DNA of 64,000 nucleotides from Microbotryum violaceum (Eukaryota): NCBI GenBank assembly GCA_001244265.2, contig CDLV01000008.1, positions 2,170,001 to 2,234,000 of the forward strand, read 5' to 3'. Shown piece by piece: positions 51,587 to 64,000 of this stretch (position 1 is its first letter; each line of letters starts with the position of its first letter). The notes under the pieces were generated by a model. It saw only the letters and a program-made list of their open reading frames with translations, ran no database searches and was not told where the DNA came from. The position numbers and the translations under genes were made by a program.

Positions 51587-52156
51587 GTCTGTCGGGAATT
51601 GGAACTTGACGTTATCCGACTACTGGAGGACATGGGGACTGATTTATTGGTGTCTTATTAAGTGGTTCGCATGGGTTCGTTGCTCCGGAGGATCGTGATA
51701 CCGATTGCACTATCTCTTGCTGCTTGCAGCTTTAGAGAAAGATAGGGATTTAGTTTGAGATGATGGCATGAAGTGGCTTCGGGGGTGTGAGGCATCGGAT
51801 GCGGTCGGAAGGGTGCAGTGCACGTGGCGATGAGATCTGGTGGTCTTGATATTTTGGGTGAGATGAGAGACAATTTTCCTGTAAAGCAACATATTGATCG
51901 CATCTAGGAACAATAGTTGGAGCCGGTGAGAGCAAGACATTTACAAGAACCTTTGCCATACGTGAGGGAAGATGAGACGGGATAAATTCCTTGGGGTTCG
52001 AATGGTGGTGTATTGGGTGCGAAGGACAGCAATTGAAGGGTGAAGTTGGACACGTCTGGAGTGCGAATTCGTTTTGCCGAATGGAAGTTGGGGTTTTATT
52101 ATTACAACAACAAGAGTGTGTGTTTGGTCCTACCCAAAAATCACAGTACAAGCCAC

Positions 52157-53795
52157 CTAAGAAACCTTCGTCTTCACCCCCTCAGTGTCCCCACTTGCCT
52201 GACCAAATTTAGAAGCCAAGACTTGCAAACCGACCAAAACGAGTACGACGGCGAGGACCGAACAAGGTCGGATCGTTTCCCCTTTGTAAGCTTTTTCTGA
52301 ACCAGTTGAAGTTATGGAAGTTGAAAGTCTTCGCCTTGGAGGGATCGAAGGGAGTGGGACGGGGACGACTTCATTTTCTGAATTCGAGTCATCAATAATG
52401 TCATTGAGCTCGATTGAAGAATCGAATTCTTCCTCGGTGGAAATTTCGACTTGGGCTACTCCACCGAAAAAGTCGGTCAGGAGGACTTGAGAGACAGGGC
52501 GAGGGTAGAGGTCCGTACGAATGCCGGCGTTGGAATCGAATTTTTCAAAGGAGAACGTGTCGAACTGTGGGTAGGGGTAGGGTAGGGTGGAGTCAGTTCA
52601 GAGGTGCGGGAAGATGCGTCTGTGGGGGCGACTGACTAAATCTTGCAGAGTTGCGTTCGAAGTCTTGTTGATACCTTCAAGGTAGTTGAGCACGTGGTGC
52701 GTGTAGCGGTCGGTGACAGCGACGCCAATGTCGTTATCAGCGTGGTGCTGTCGGAGGAACAGCGTTAGTGTGCGAGTCTGGCTAGACCTCAAGACCACTG
52801 AGACTGACGGAATAAGAATTTTCCCCCTTTGCGCTCGAACCGGTGGCGATGATATTGGGCGAGTAAAACTTGGTGTATAGCGTATTGGCTTGACAGGTGT
52901 CGACCATGAAGAGGATCTCGTGATACCTGTGGAACGCGGTAGACGGATTCATCGATGAGAATTCACCTCGGTCCTTCATCGAGCTTGAACCAGCAGCCGA
53001 CCGACCTCTTCTTCTCCCACATCGCTCCCAACGCATCGGCCAAATCAAAGGCCGAAATCTCTTCCGAGTCTTGAAACTTGAGGAACTCGTCCCCACCATG
53101 TCCGGTCATGTAAATGAAAATATTACTTCTCTCGTCCGTCAACAAGCGCTTGTTGACGGGTGTGCTCTCAGGAAAACGACCGGACAAGAGTCTGAGAAAG
53201 GTCTCGACGCTGACTTCTTCGCCTTTGTAGTCGACTTCGATCGAGGTACCGTAGAGGTCGTAGCGACGGTCGGCGTTAGAGTAGACGGTACCGGCGAACG
53301 GGTTGCGAGGATTGCACGCTACGTCGTCGGCTAGCATTAGGATGATTTGAGAGTCGGGGATCCCGAGCCGTTTGACGGTACGATACCTGGGAGTGAGGCA
53401 GGTCGTCAGCTAGAGAAAAGGTAAGGGAGTTGAATGGTGATGCGACATACATGGCAAGTGTATTGGCCATATGCTGCGTGGGTCGTACGGAAAGGGGTTG
53501 GCCGAAGATACGTCGCACGAAGAGCAAGTGGGGGGTCAATCACAGCCTAGGTATCAGCTCGTCAGCACTGCATACTTACCCTATAGTTGAACCAGAACCT
53601 TGACTGGTGAGCGCCTTGGGCGAACACGCATCAGCTCAAGCAGGGGGTGTCATATAGGAGCCTATCGGACGCGGCATCCGGACTGACCGAACAGACGAGC
53701 ACGGCCCAGTTGTTGGTGCTGGGGGCCGCATGGAGGAGGACTAGGTGGGATAGGAGGAGGGCGAGAAGGAGGAGAAGCTGCCGTGGTTGGAGCAT
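52157..53795 (-). CDS. GPI8: GPI-anchor transamidase catalytic subunit (peptidase C13)
   Basis: Signal peptide, [60 protein letters not shown]-terminal TM segment ending KTKVS. Confidence 0.95.
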
Positions 53796-53814
53796 GGTCG
53801 CGGGGAGCACGTCC

Positions 53815-53860
53815 AGAGAGGAGAGGAGAGGAGAGGAGAGGAGAGGAGAGGAGAGGAGAG
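53815..53860. repeat. (AGAGG)n pentanucleotide microsatellite just upstream of the GPI8 ATG
   Basis: About nine consecutive AGAGG units. Confidence 0.9.
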
Positions 53861-54051
53861 CACACGGCCACAACCTGGCGTGCGTCAAGTCAATTGGTGA
53901 TTAGGCGATTACAAAACGGGGCTTATTCATCGATCTAATAATATTTGGTGTGCGGCACAAGTTTGGCCGCGCGAGTTGTGATGCCACCGCTCGGATTCGA
54001 CCCGACTCACACACTGGAAACGACCGCTCTCGCTCAACGTCGACGAGCGTC

Positions 54052-55177
54052 ATGCAGGGTAACTACCACACCAAACAGCGAATAGAGCCAGATCAGGAAA
54101 CTGATCTCATTGTAATCCTCGCAGGTCTCTCTGGGTACGGATCCGGGTCAGCTTCGGGATCTGGATCCGAGGATGAGCGGAATGTCGTACCGAGGCCGGC
54201 GAGACCGCCGATGGAGCCGAGCATGGGTAGTATGGGTGCGGTATTTCGTGAGTAACGAAAGCAAAGAGATGAGCTGGTCTTGGTACTGACCAAGTCGCAC
54301 ATCCCATAGCTTCCTCCTCGACCCTCTCACGCGTCAAAGCGACGACCAACACCACCGGCGGTCTGAACAGCTCCGCCTCTTCGTCCAGAGCATCATCCCC
54401 TCTCCCCGGAGTCAAGGTCACGAATCATCATTTACCTTCTTCGAACCTCAACTCGCCGGGAGGGAGGTATCAGAATGGCAAGGGGAAACAGAGGTCCTCG
54501 TCGCCTCCTCCTTACGAACGCGCGACGACGGCTGAACCTAATACACTCTCCCGGACGAGCGATCAAGTCACCACCTCACCCAGGTCACCCCACAGTACGA
54601 CTCGACAAACCGGTTCAACCATCGCTACCACATCCAACGTCACCCTCGATTCCCTCTCCCAATTCAACATCCCCCCTTTACCCACCGTCGGAGTGAACCC
54701 GAGTGTTCAATCCAAACTCGACAAATTCGTCACCCTCGCCCACGAGAGAAACCTTTGGTTCAACGATACTTTGGAATCGAGCAAGGTGTTTAGGAATCCG
54801 AGGATACTGAGTCAGTTGGTCGGTTTGGTCGGCGTCGAGGAGACGAGTAGTATGTGGGGGAAAGTATTTTGGGATGCGCAAGTCGTGGCGAGGGAAGGGG
54901 ATGCGAGGAGGATTGGTACGTCAATCAAGCTTGGGTCGTACGAGTGGGCCTACCGATCAAGTCAAGAAGGAGATTAAATCAATTGCTTCTTGCAGCCACA
55001 CTGCAAAAAGACCAATCCGAGGCACGTCAACAAGCCCAAGCTGCAGGATCGAGATCCAACATCTCCTTCACCTCCGCATCATCGACCTCGCAAACCTCAC
55101 ATCGTGATCAAAGCGAGAGTGGGAGGCATCACGATGTCGGCTCGGGGAAACACAATCGGGATCGGGATCGGGATCGA

Positions 55178-55209
<32 letters not shown>

Positions 55210-55303
55210 ACGGGATAGGGATAGAGAGAGGAGTCGTGGTGGAGGAGCGGATAAAGAGAGGGAGAGAAAACGGTCGAGATGGGGGCAGACGGAAAAGGGG
55301 TGA
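54052..55303 (+). CDS. HCNGP/SAP30BP-like protein with RD-repeat tail
   Basis: MQGLSGYGS N-terminus; VQSKLDKFVTL...FNDTLESSKVFRNPRILSQLV; C-terminal KRSRW. Confidence 0.82.
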
Positions 55304-56507
55304 ATGCTGAGTTTGGGGTATGTTACCGAATGTATTGCATCGGTACTCGATGGCACCGGACAGTTAGGAAGGCTTCGTTGCCTCACTCTCGACCACCAGG
55401 CTGTCCACACGTCGGAGAGGAGCGGGCCCGCCTTTGGTCATCACCGCTTAGTTCGAGATGATTCGGGCCTGAATATCGTTACATAACCCTGGCGCGCCGG
55501 CACGTTTTCAGGAAAGATAACGGGAAAGGAGATCACGATTAAGGAACACGTTGTCATATGGCGTCGAGAAGATCGTCCTGAGCGGATGGATGGTCGACTC
55601 GACATGAAGACGTGCAAGGTGCGTTCGGTGCTTCCGAGAGTCCCGACTCTTTGGCCGCAGTTGGGGGCGGATCAGCACGCGTCGGCCTCGGTTACTGGTA
55701 CTCGAGAGCTGTCTTGAGCGAGATGTCCAAGTCGATATTTTCGCCTCCGAGTGGATAGACTTAGGGGGAATTTCAGGCCTTGAAAGTGTGACTCGCGAGT
55801 GATGTTTTGGTCGAGAGCTTCCTCGACTCGGAGACGAAGATCCGGTTGCTCGGCTCGTTGAAAGAGAGAACTCCGAGCCTAGAAATCGGCATTTTCCTGA
55901 GGCTGAGGCTGAGGATGTCCTTGCCCTTGAAGGAATGATGCTGTCCGAAAACTGAGGGATATCAGTTTAATGATGACGACACAGAAACAACTTTCTGTGC
56001 CTCCAGACCAAAGTAGTCAAATTCATCGGCCGTCTGCCAACGTCAGGCTACCACCTGCAGTAGTGTCAGGGGCTCGGATCCCTCTTTTAGATCGTCGCCA
56101 TCAATAATTCATTCGCTCGCGCTGAGGGAATTCCGATCGCGTCGTCGCTCGCTTGACGCGAAGGAGTGGCGGCGCTGGCGGTGGCGACGTCTCGCTCCTT
56201 CATCAACTAGCTTCGACGCGCTTGCACCTCTGTTCTTGCGGAATCACGCTCAAGTCGCCGACTCGGGAAACTCGGACCCTTTGCGTTGACGAGCAACGCG
56301 CTCGTTCCTGCTCTTTGGTCGACCGAATCACGCTCGACGCGGACTCGATTGACTCGACTCCGGGTGGCGATCGCCGTAAGCGCCAACTCGGACGCGTCAC
56401 GAGCTGCCGTCGACGACTAGCCCGACTCGAATAGCGTCAAGTTACGGCGCACACGACCAGGCGCATATCCCTCACACACTCTACTCGACAAAGGTCTATT
56501 TCAAGCA

Positions 56508-59500
56508 ATGGCCTCTCCCGTTCGAACGTCCACTTTGCTCACCGACTCTGATCCGCTGTTGACGCCCTCGGCTTCCCATTCCGGTTCGCCCTCCTCCTCA
56601 CGTCGTCCTCCTCCTCGCACGACCACCAACCTTAACGCCGACCCCCACGAACCTCTCTCCTCGAGCGCGGCCTTGCGATCCCTCTCCTCTACGACCCAAC
56701 CTTTGTCGTTCAAGAAACGATCTGTGCCTCCCCCACCTGGAGCGGCTGCACGCGTCACCGAAGGCTTGATGAACCTGCTCAGCTCGAGTCCCAAAGAACC
56801 GACCGCTCCGAATCCTATCGACCAGCTCCACGAGGCACACCACAATCCCAATGCGTTCCTCCATGGTGGGGGAGACCTTCCGGATGCACCGGTACTTTCT
56901 TCGAGCATGCGTACATTGGCCGTTAGACCGAATCATATCGACGTTCCACCACCGGGTCCGTATCGCTCCTTTTCGGCCACTTCGAACGCGCTCGATTCGG
57001 CTGAGGACGACGAGGACGGACTGACGAAGAGCACAGCACTGCTCGTCAACGAGGACGATCAAGACGAGGACGAGTCGGACGATTTGGCGAGGAGAGGCTC
57101 GCCGAATTGGCGCAAAATGTCCGTCTCTGGCTCGGCGTACGGTACGAGGAATCGACTCTCGACGACGAACAACCCTTCGAAAGCGGGCAGGAACTCGTTC
57201 GGAGCCGCTTCCGGTCAGCAGGGTCGACCAGGTTTCACGAGTAGGAATGATCAGCAGAGATTGAGGGACCCGTTTCTCAGTCCGACTGAGGATGGCCGGT
57301 CGAATCGGCGCGCTTTCGAGGCGCGTGGGACGGGGATGGGATCACCAGGTGCCGAGGCCGAGGAGGAGGAGCCGATCGAGAAGGAACCGACACCGTTGCC
57401 CAAGATTGCGTTAATCGTACTGTGAGTTGTATCAAGAGTCACGATCATCAGTGATCCTCCGGCAACACTGACCTGATCTTCCGCCCCCTCTTGTTCGCTA
57501 CAGCTGCATTTGCATGTTTGGTGAATTCCTAAGCGCATCCCTGTCGAGTCGTGAGTTCGCATGTGATTTCGGTCACGTTCGCATGCCGCCGAGTCTTTGG
57601 CCATGCTGATCCGTGAAATGGTACATGCAGCATTCTTGTACTTTATGATCGAAGGCTTTGGCGTCGGCCAAGGTCCCGAAGGGGGTGGCGAGGCCGTCGT
57701 CGGGTTTTGGACGGGTGTCGTATCGTAAGTCTATGCGCATAGGCAAGGTCGCCCACCGTGCACTTACTCGTTAATATATAATCACAGATCTGTCTTTTTC
57801 CTCTCCCAATTCCTAACCTCGTTGTTGTGGGTCTCGGTCGCTGAAAAGCACGGACGTCGCGCCGTCCTCTTCACTTCTTTGCTTGGCAATGGTGTCACCC
57901 TCATGCTGTTTGGAACATCCAAGAATCTCGGTACAGCGATCTCGGTCCGTCTTGGAATGGGCCTCTTTAACGGTACGTCGATCTCCTGAAAGTGCCCCAA
58001 CCTTGTCAGAGTCGATCCTGACTAGACTTTCTCACCCCTCTCAGGTGCCGTCGGAGTTGCTCGATCCGCGGTCCAAGCCATCACCGACTCGTCGAACGAA
58101 TCCAAAGCTTTCACCTACATGGGTCTCTCGTGGGGTCTCGGCGGTATCGTTGGCTCGATCATCGGTGGTCTCGCCGAGAACCCTGTGCGCAACCACCCGC
58201 GCTTTTTTGGCGACTCGGTCCTCTTCAAAGAGTACCCTTATTTACTCCCTTGCCTCATCGCTGGATCGGTCACGACCTCGGGTGCGATCCTGTCGCTCTG
58301 CCTCGATCGGGATGGAGGGCCCCGATCGGCTTCGATCATGTTGCCCTCGGAAAAGGACGTCGAACGCGCGGCAAGGTCTTTCACTTCGATCGCGAAAAGC
58401 TTTCTCCGTCGCGTTATCTCCACAATTCGCGGTGGAGGTCAACCTATTCGACTTGACGAAACGACGGCGGGGCCTGATTCGGCCGTCTCGTTACAAGCGT
58501 CGCCGAACCGTGCTCAACGAGAACCTTTGCTCTCGCCGATCGGGTTCGGATCCAATTATCAGAGCAACGGGATGTTATCCCCTTCTATCGCCGCAACGGA
58601 TGATCGACAGACACCTGCGACGCGACGCGCCTCGCATCGATTTAGTGGCTCGGCGTATGGGTATGGTCGACTGGGACCGGGGAGCGAGACAGGTACGAGT
58701 GGGATGAGGATGCCGAGTGCGCGAAGACCGGCGGGGAGGTCCGCGTCCAGAACCATGTCCGTTGCGACGACGAATGCGTACGCGCCGGATTACGACTTTG
58801 ATCGAGGGGATTTCTCGTTTGCTCAAAGGTGAAAATTCTTGCTTCGAGTCAGCTTGCACTTGCTCGTACTGAGCTAATGTGGCCTCGGAGGCTCTCACAG
58901 GCTCCTGATGGCGAACGAACAAGCCGTCTTTTCCATTTCGGATCTTTGGGTCGCCAATGCGACGCGCGAAGCCGACGATCAATACTCGCAGGCCGAGTAT
59001 ACAGAGTCCGTATTTGAGGACGAGGAGTCGCGCATCGGTGGAACGGGGACGAATGCCGGTCGAACGAATACGAGTAGGGTTGCCGGCGACGACGAATCGC
59101 GTCTCGATGTCGACGAATCACGCTTCTCGCTCTCGGACGAACCGGACTTTTTCGGATACGGGACCGCACCTCCGTCGATGGAGGATCTGCGAGGTCATGC
59201 GCGACTACAAGAGTCGCAGCAAGGTGGCAGCGGGACGATCTCCCCCGGTGCCGAATCGCTCGCTTTACCTGGTCAAGCACGGCCCCGTGATCGATCGGTT
59301 TCTCGAGTGACGATGCCCGATCGTTATGCATCACCGAATCGGATCTCATCCTACGGTGGTGGTCTGACGCAACGGTACCGACGAGGAAGTATGGCCTCTT
59401 CTGCTGCTCCGGGTCGAGGCGCGCCTTCCATTTTTGCCAACACCGGTCTGGACGACGAAACACTCGTGCAATCGACGCAATATGCGCCACCTCCTGGATC

Positions 59501-60430
59501 GCTTGGAGTGAAGACCGATGAGTATGGTGCAGGCGGCGGATTCGATCCCATGGCCGCTATTCCCGAAGGTCGACCTGCGAGCGTGATCGAGTACAACGAG
59601 GAGGGGGATGCGGACTCGGTCGAGGTCAAGGCCGATACGACGGGTCTGTTGACGCAGTTGCCATTATCGATGATTGCGCAGTACTCGTTGTTGGCGCTGC
59701 ATGGGTGCACGTGCGATCAGATCTTTTTGTGAGTTTTGGAGGGACTCGGTCGATCCGAGGGAGGTGCTGATGCCAGCTTCTTGTACGCGCAGGTCGTTTC
59801 TGGTCACCCCTGTTCCGTCGGGTGGTCTCGGCCTCCAAGCGAGCAACTACGCCATGCTCGTCGCGTGCATGTTCTTCTTCACTATGGTCTGGCAATTCCG
59901 TCTCTACCCCTTCGTCGGACCTCCGCATGGCTCCTTGTCCCACCTCGCCATGTTTCGCCTCGGTCTGATCCTCTACATTCCCGTTTACGTCCTCTTCCCC
60001 GAATTGAGGGGTCTGTTGAGGGAGAGCTCGAATTCGTTCGTCATGTTCGGAATGGTGTTGTTGAGTTCGTTGAGGTACCTCGCGAACACGTGCTCGTACA
60101 CCGCTGTAATGGTACGTCCTGGGGGCGGGGGCGCATTCGATGCCGTCGAGAAGACTCGGAACTGAACTGAAACCTCATCCTCGCCCGTCAAAATAGGTTC
60201 TCGTCAACGCCATGTCCCCACCCCATCTCACACCTCTAGCGAACGGACTAGCCCAATCATGCGTCTCCTTTGCGCGCTTCATAGGCCCCTTGATGGGAGG
60301 AGCGATTTGGGCAGCCTCGATCGCTGATGGACCGAATGCTCACCCTTGGCCTTTCAATTACGCTTTTCCCTTCATTTGTATCGCGGCGATTTGCTTTTTG
60401 GGCTTTTTGCATTCGTTTAGGATTCATTGA
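56508..60430 (+). CDS. MFS transporter (YCR023C/ZIFL-like) with long N-terminus and central loop
   Basis: PTPLPK, SQFLTSLLWVSVAEKHGRRAVL, GAVGVARS, WGLGGIVGSIIGG, EYPYLLPC, PVPSGGLGL, LANGLAQSCVSFARFIGP. Confidence 0.88.
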
Positions 60431-60757
60431 TCGGAGAGACTTCGAGGTCAGAATGAGGTGCTTTCGCTTTTTTTTTTTTTCCGGGTTGATTTTCTGTCCT
60501 TTGATTTAATAAAAAAACAAAAACCCCAAAACCCTAATGTGTATAACGTGTTCATCATATCGTAACTTTCATACTCTGATACGTAGCATCCCCTTTCGTT
60601 TCTCCCGACTGTTTTCATGCTCAATGTAGCTCCACTGCAAAGTTCCAAATTACACTGAAAAAAGAAGGATTGCTAGTCAAAAAAAAAAAAAAAAAAAAAA
60701 AAAACCCCTTCTCCCAGACCCGACCGATCCGTACAGCCCTCTTTCCCCAGGGTATCT

Positions 60758-61760
60758 TTATTCTTGGCTCGAAAAATCGGGTAAGTTATCCCCCGCTTTC
60801 AAATCACCTTCAACGACGACTTTTTTCAATTTCTCATAAGCGGCTTTCAAATCATCATTCACGATCACGACGTCGAAAGCGTCGACCGTTTGAGCATAGT
60901 TGATTTCGGTTATGGCGGCGGAGAGACGAGAGGTTAGGGAAGATGAGGATTCGGTACCTCGTTTGGTTAGGCGGGAGCGTAGGGAGGAGAGGGAGGGAGG
61001 GGAGATGAAGATGTAGATTGGGTTGAGGGAGGGGTGGTTCGCTTTGATTTGTTTTACGCCCTGTCGTCGTGGTGGTGGTGGTGAGGAAGGGGGGGGGGGG
61101 GGGAATCAATATTTTTGCCTAAGGAGGAGGTGCGGAATTCTCCGAAACGCCGAGACCATAGGGTCAGTTTTTGAAATCTACTCACCTGTGTATCGATATC
61201 CAAGATGCAAGTCTTGCTCCCTTCTTTCGCGACCGCTTCAACGGCATTAACGGTCGTACCGTACAAGTTACCACTGAATTCGGCATGTTCGATAAAGGCG
61301 CCTTCTTGGACTAGTTTGAGGAACTTGTCTCGCGTCGTAAAATGGTACGATTGACCTTTCGTCTCTCCCGGGCGAGGGGAACGAGTAGTGTCTTTGAATG
61401 GGGAATAGAAGAAGAGGGAGTAAGTTACGAATTTGGGGAGGGAAGTGGGAAGCTCCAGTTTCTACCCAACCACACAATCACGGGGTCATCCGTACAAAAA
61501 AAAAACCGAGTTCACCAAGCTCTTAATCACTGAGAAAGAACCTTACGGGAAATTGAGAAACCAAACTTGTCCGGATAGTCCTTGCATAATAATTGTAGGA
61601 GAGTCGACTTGCCCGTTCCGGATGGGCCACAGATCACGATCGGTCGTAGAGCGGCGGGTAGCGGGCTGTGGGTGGGGTTGGGGGTTGGGGTGGGGGGTGG
61701 CAGTTCGTTAGTAGACTGCAGGCTGCTGCTTAGAAGCGTGGGGGGTGGACCGTACCTCAT
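60758..61760 (-). CDS. GUK1: Guanylate kinase
   Basis: [68 protein letters not shown]. Confidence 0.95.
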
Positions 61761-61975
61761 TTTCGGAGAGGGGATGGGGGTGGGGCGGGTGGAAAGCAAG
61801 GGAGGCAAAGTTCCGTCGACGCCGACGCGCTTCGTGGTCACACGCCGCGAGCCGTCAGCGCGTCAGCCCCGCCCCACACTGCAGCTGAGCGCTGAGACAC
61901 AGAAAAAAGAAAAGACGATTGATTTTACGCCAATGAAAAAGGCTAACACCAAAGACATTCATTTTCAGCATCTAT

Positions 61976-63015
61976 TCAACCCCTTTTTCCCCCCTCGATT
62001 TTCAATTCGGTATCCAACACTTTTGGCGTTGTTTCACCCGAGGTAGATGCACTCTCGCCAGATCCAAGAATGATGTCCCCTACTCTCAACTTTGTGAATT
62101 CGAGCTTGCTTCGTAGGGTCCTAAAAAACCGGGGGGAGAAAAGAAAGGGGTAGAGGTGGATCAGTTTTTCGGATGCAAAATAGTCGAAGAGCGACTATCC
62201 AACCATCCTCTTGCCGCGAACCGAAACCTAACCCTCACCTCCTGTACCCCTTCCTTTTCTTGAATTTTTCGACTTCAAACATCTTCCCTTTGATATGTTC
62301 CAATACCAACACTTCAGCTTTGACTTCTCCTTCTTTGAAATAAGGTAACGAGTCGGGATGACGTTGCCAATCCCTTGGAACACCAGAAGCATCAATAATC
62401 GTACGCGCCATGGGGGGACGTAATAAGGGAGTGGAAGTTTGGAAAGAAGATAATTTGGCAGAGACGGCTGAGGTAGGTCGAGGAGGAATTGAAGAGGGGG
62501 AAGGACCGGCACGAAGGGTGTAATCGCGCGAACCGACTTCGAGAATACGGGTCAGGGAGATACGTTGACCTGCGCGAACGGATTTGAGCTTGGGGACGGT
62601 GAGAACGTCGTGTGGGGTTAGGGTGTAACGACGTCCCATGAGGAGACAGGTGATGTAGTGCGACGGTTGCGAGGCGAGCAACTCCAAAGGGGAGGCACTG
62701 GCTCGGCGGAGAAACGAGCTGAGATCAGTAACGGGCAGTGGGTGAACGCATGCGTAGGGTAGGGAACGTACCTCGTCGAGGGAAGCGGTTTGGGAGAAAG
62801 AGCAGATAGCCGCTCGTGCTTGGGCAAGGTCGGAGGTAGACCTTGGTCACGCGATGTCGACGAGAAACTGCATCGCCAACTTGCAGCGACCGGCTTGGAC
62901 GAGCGAGAGAACAACCACCGCGTCGGAGCTGAGCATGGGCAACTAGGATGATCAGTGAGAGCAAAAAAGTGTGGGCACGGGTTATTGAGATGTGCAGACC
63001 TATTGGGAACGACAT
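61976..63015 (-). CDS. Mitochondrial ribosomal protein bL21m
   Basis: Presequence-like N-terminus (MSFPI|APTRWLFSRSSK); GRRYTLTPHDVLTV, RILEVGSRDYTLR, VLEHIKGKM...KFKKRKGYRR|TLRSKLEFTKLRVGDI. Confidence 0.88.
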
Positions 63016-63431
63016 GGCGGCTACTACGTGCTATATACGACGGGACGGGGGGGGAGAGCAGGACGAGCGACGCGCACGAAGCGTCTCATGATCATCCCCA
63101 GCGCCTCGAGATTGAGCTCGGGCCCATGGGCGAGCACACCTCGGTCACTGACGAAGATGGTTAAACGCTTCATCGAGTGCCACAAAGTCAAGTCAGGGTT
63201 TTGCACAAGGACCCCAAGTCGAACATTGCAATAAAAACCCTCCAAATCGATTGGAAAAGGCAGAATAAAAAAAACGCCTCGGTCAGGGCAAGATAGTGAA
63301 TAGTGAAAAGAGACTAGTGATAAACAAAAAGGAGGGGAGCTACGTTATGAAATAAAGGTCAAAAGGGACAGGGTTCTTGAAAGATCGTTGGAGAGCACGG
63401 AAAGAGTGGATAAAGATGGTGCAATCATCAC

Positions 63432-64000
63432 CTAACACCCTCGTTCACCTCTCGGATCATCATTCACCACGCTCAACTGCCACCTCCTACCACCTTCACC
63501 CTCGTCGTAACCCGTACCGAACGGTCCGCCGACTTGCATATCCGTAGGTGAAGAAGGACGCTCGATCTCGTCGTGACCCATCTCCGACCCGGGAAGAGGG
63601 AGGACGCCGGATCCGACGGGGTGCGCTTCGCCAAGATCGTTCGAAGAAGCAGCGACGGGGGGTGAAGGCGTACCGTGACGCATCTCGGATCCTGGCGCGG
63701 TGTTGTTCGCTGCCATGGCGCGTTGGTACTCGATCGATGCCGGACCAGGCGCGAGAGGAGTTCCCGAGTTGGAGGAAGGCCCGCTGCTACCAAACATGTT
63801 CTTATGCGGCGAGTAAGGCGTCGTTGCTCCGTACGAAGAGTACGGCGATTCCTCGGACGAGTAGATCGACGGCGGTACCTGGGGTAACGTCGGCTGTTGG
63901 CTGTGTCCACCGTGACTCGACATTGAATTGTAGCGATGCGCCGCATAAGCCCCTGCACCGACTCCTGCCGCTCCAGCTCCCACTCCCGCCGCACCCCGAC
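63432..64000 (-). CDS. C-terminal part of an unidentified low-complexity protein (5' end outside the window)
   Basis: Open frame to the window edge with AGVGAGAAGVGAG and terminal LSVVNDDP. Confidence 0.65.
   Translation of the reverse strand, partial: RGAAGVGAGAAGVGAGAYAAHRYNSMSSHGGHSQQPTLPQVPPSIYSSEESPYSSYGATTPYSPHKNMFGSSGPSSNSGTPLAPGPASIEYQRAMAANNTAPGSEMRHGTPSPPVAASSNDLGEAHPVGSGVLPLPGSEMGHDEIERPSSPTDMQVGGPFGTGYDEGEGGRRWQLSVVNDDPRGERGC

Larger units (their letters stand above)
46212..51950. repeat. Tandem segmental duplication of a ~1.6-kb unit (unit 1 ~46212-50373, interrupted; unit 2 ~50374-51950)
   Basis: 46252-47475 aligns by eye to 50409-51644, and 50036-50372 aligns to 51645-51950. 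Confidence 0.9.

Noticed and set aside
46252-51950. Long direct repeats read as LTRs of a retrotransposon
   Set aside because: No TG...CA ends, PBS or gag/pol. The geometry is a tandem duplication with one unit interrupted by Helitron sequence.
55155-55235. Hexamer repeats (GGGATC/GGGACA)
   Set aside because: They encode the RD dipeptide tail of the HCNGP-like protein.
55480-56500. 1-kb region without long ORFs as a possible ncRNA
   Set aside because: No tRNA, snRNA or snoRNA signature recognised; likely promoter and 5' UTR of the MFS gene.
62914-62940. Apparent frameshift at the start of mitochondrial L21
   Set aside because: Resolved by an upstream exon (ATG at 63015) and an intron ending ctcag.

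Overview
Intron-rich fungal DNA (GT-AG introns, CTRAY branch points), most likely a basidiomycete yeast or anther-smut relative (Microbotryomycetes is an inference from gene style). About 20 conserved genes are densely packed: a Zn2Cys6 transcription factor, COX9, RMT2, PRP4, NAD(P)HX dehydratase, HUA1-like, a Topors-like RING protein, PDCD5, a siderophore MFS transporter, NBP35, two BTB proteins, THG1, CENP-X, PalC, a salicylate-hydroxylase-like FAD monooxygenase, GPI8, HCNGP/SAP30BP, an MFS transporter, GUK1 and mitochondrial L21. Two accessory islands interrupt them. Island 1 (~16.6-27.0 kb) holds two degenerate FunK1-type kinase/REase genes and a 4.9-kb element with 30-bp TIRs that encodes a Ulp1-like protease fused to a zinc-binding transposase-like protein with an apparent internal deletion. 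Island 2 (~44-52 kb) holds a ~1.6-kb tandem duplication. Each unit carries a four-exon small secreted cysteine-rich gene that the ORF track misses, with conserved signal peptide and introns but divergent mature exons. A 2.56-kb Helitron derivative is inserted in unit 1, and its empty site can be read from unit 2. All gene models were spliced by eye and all homology calls are from motif recognition; no searches were run.
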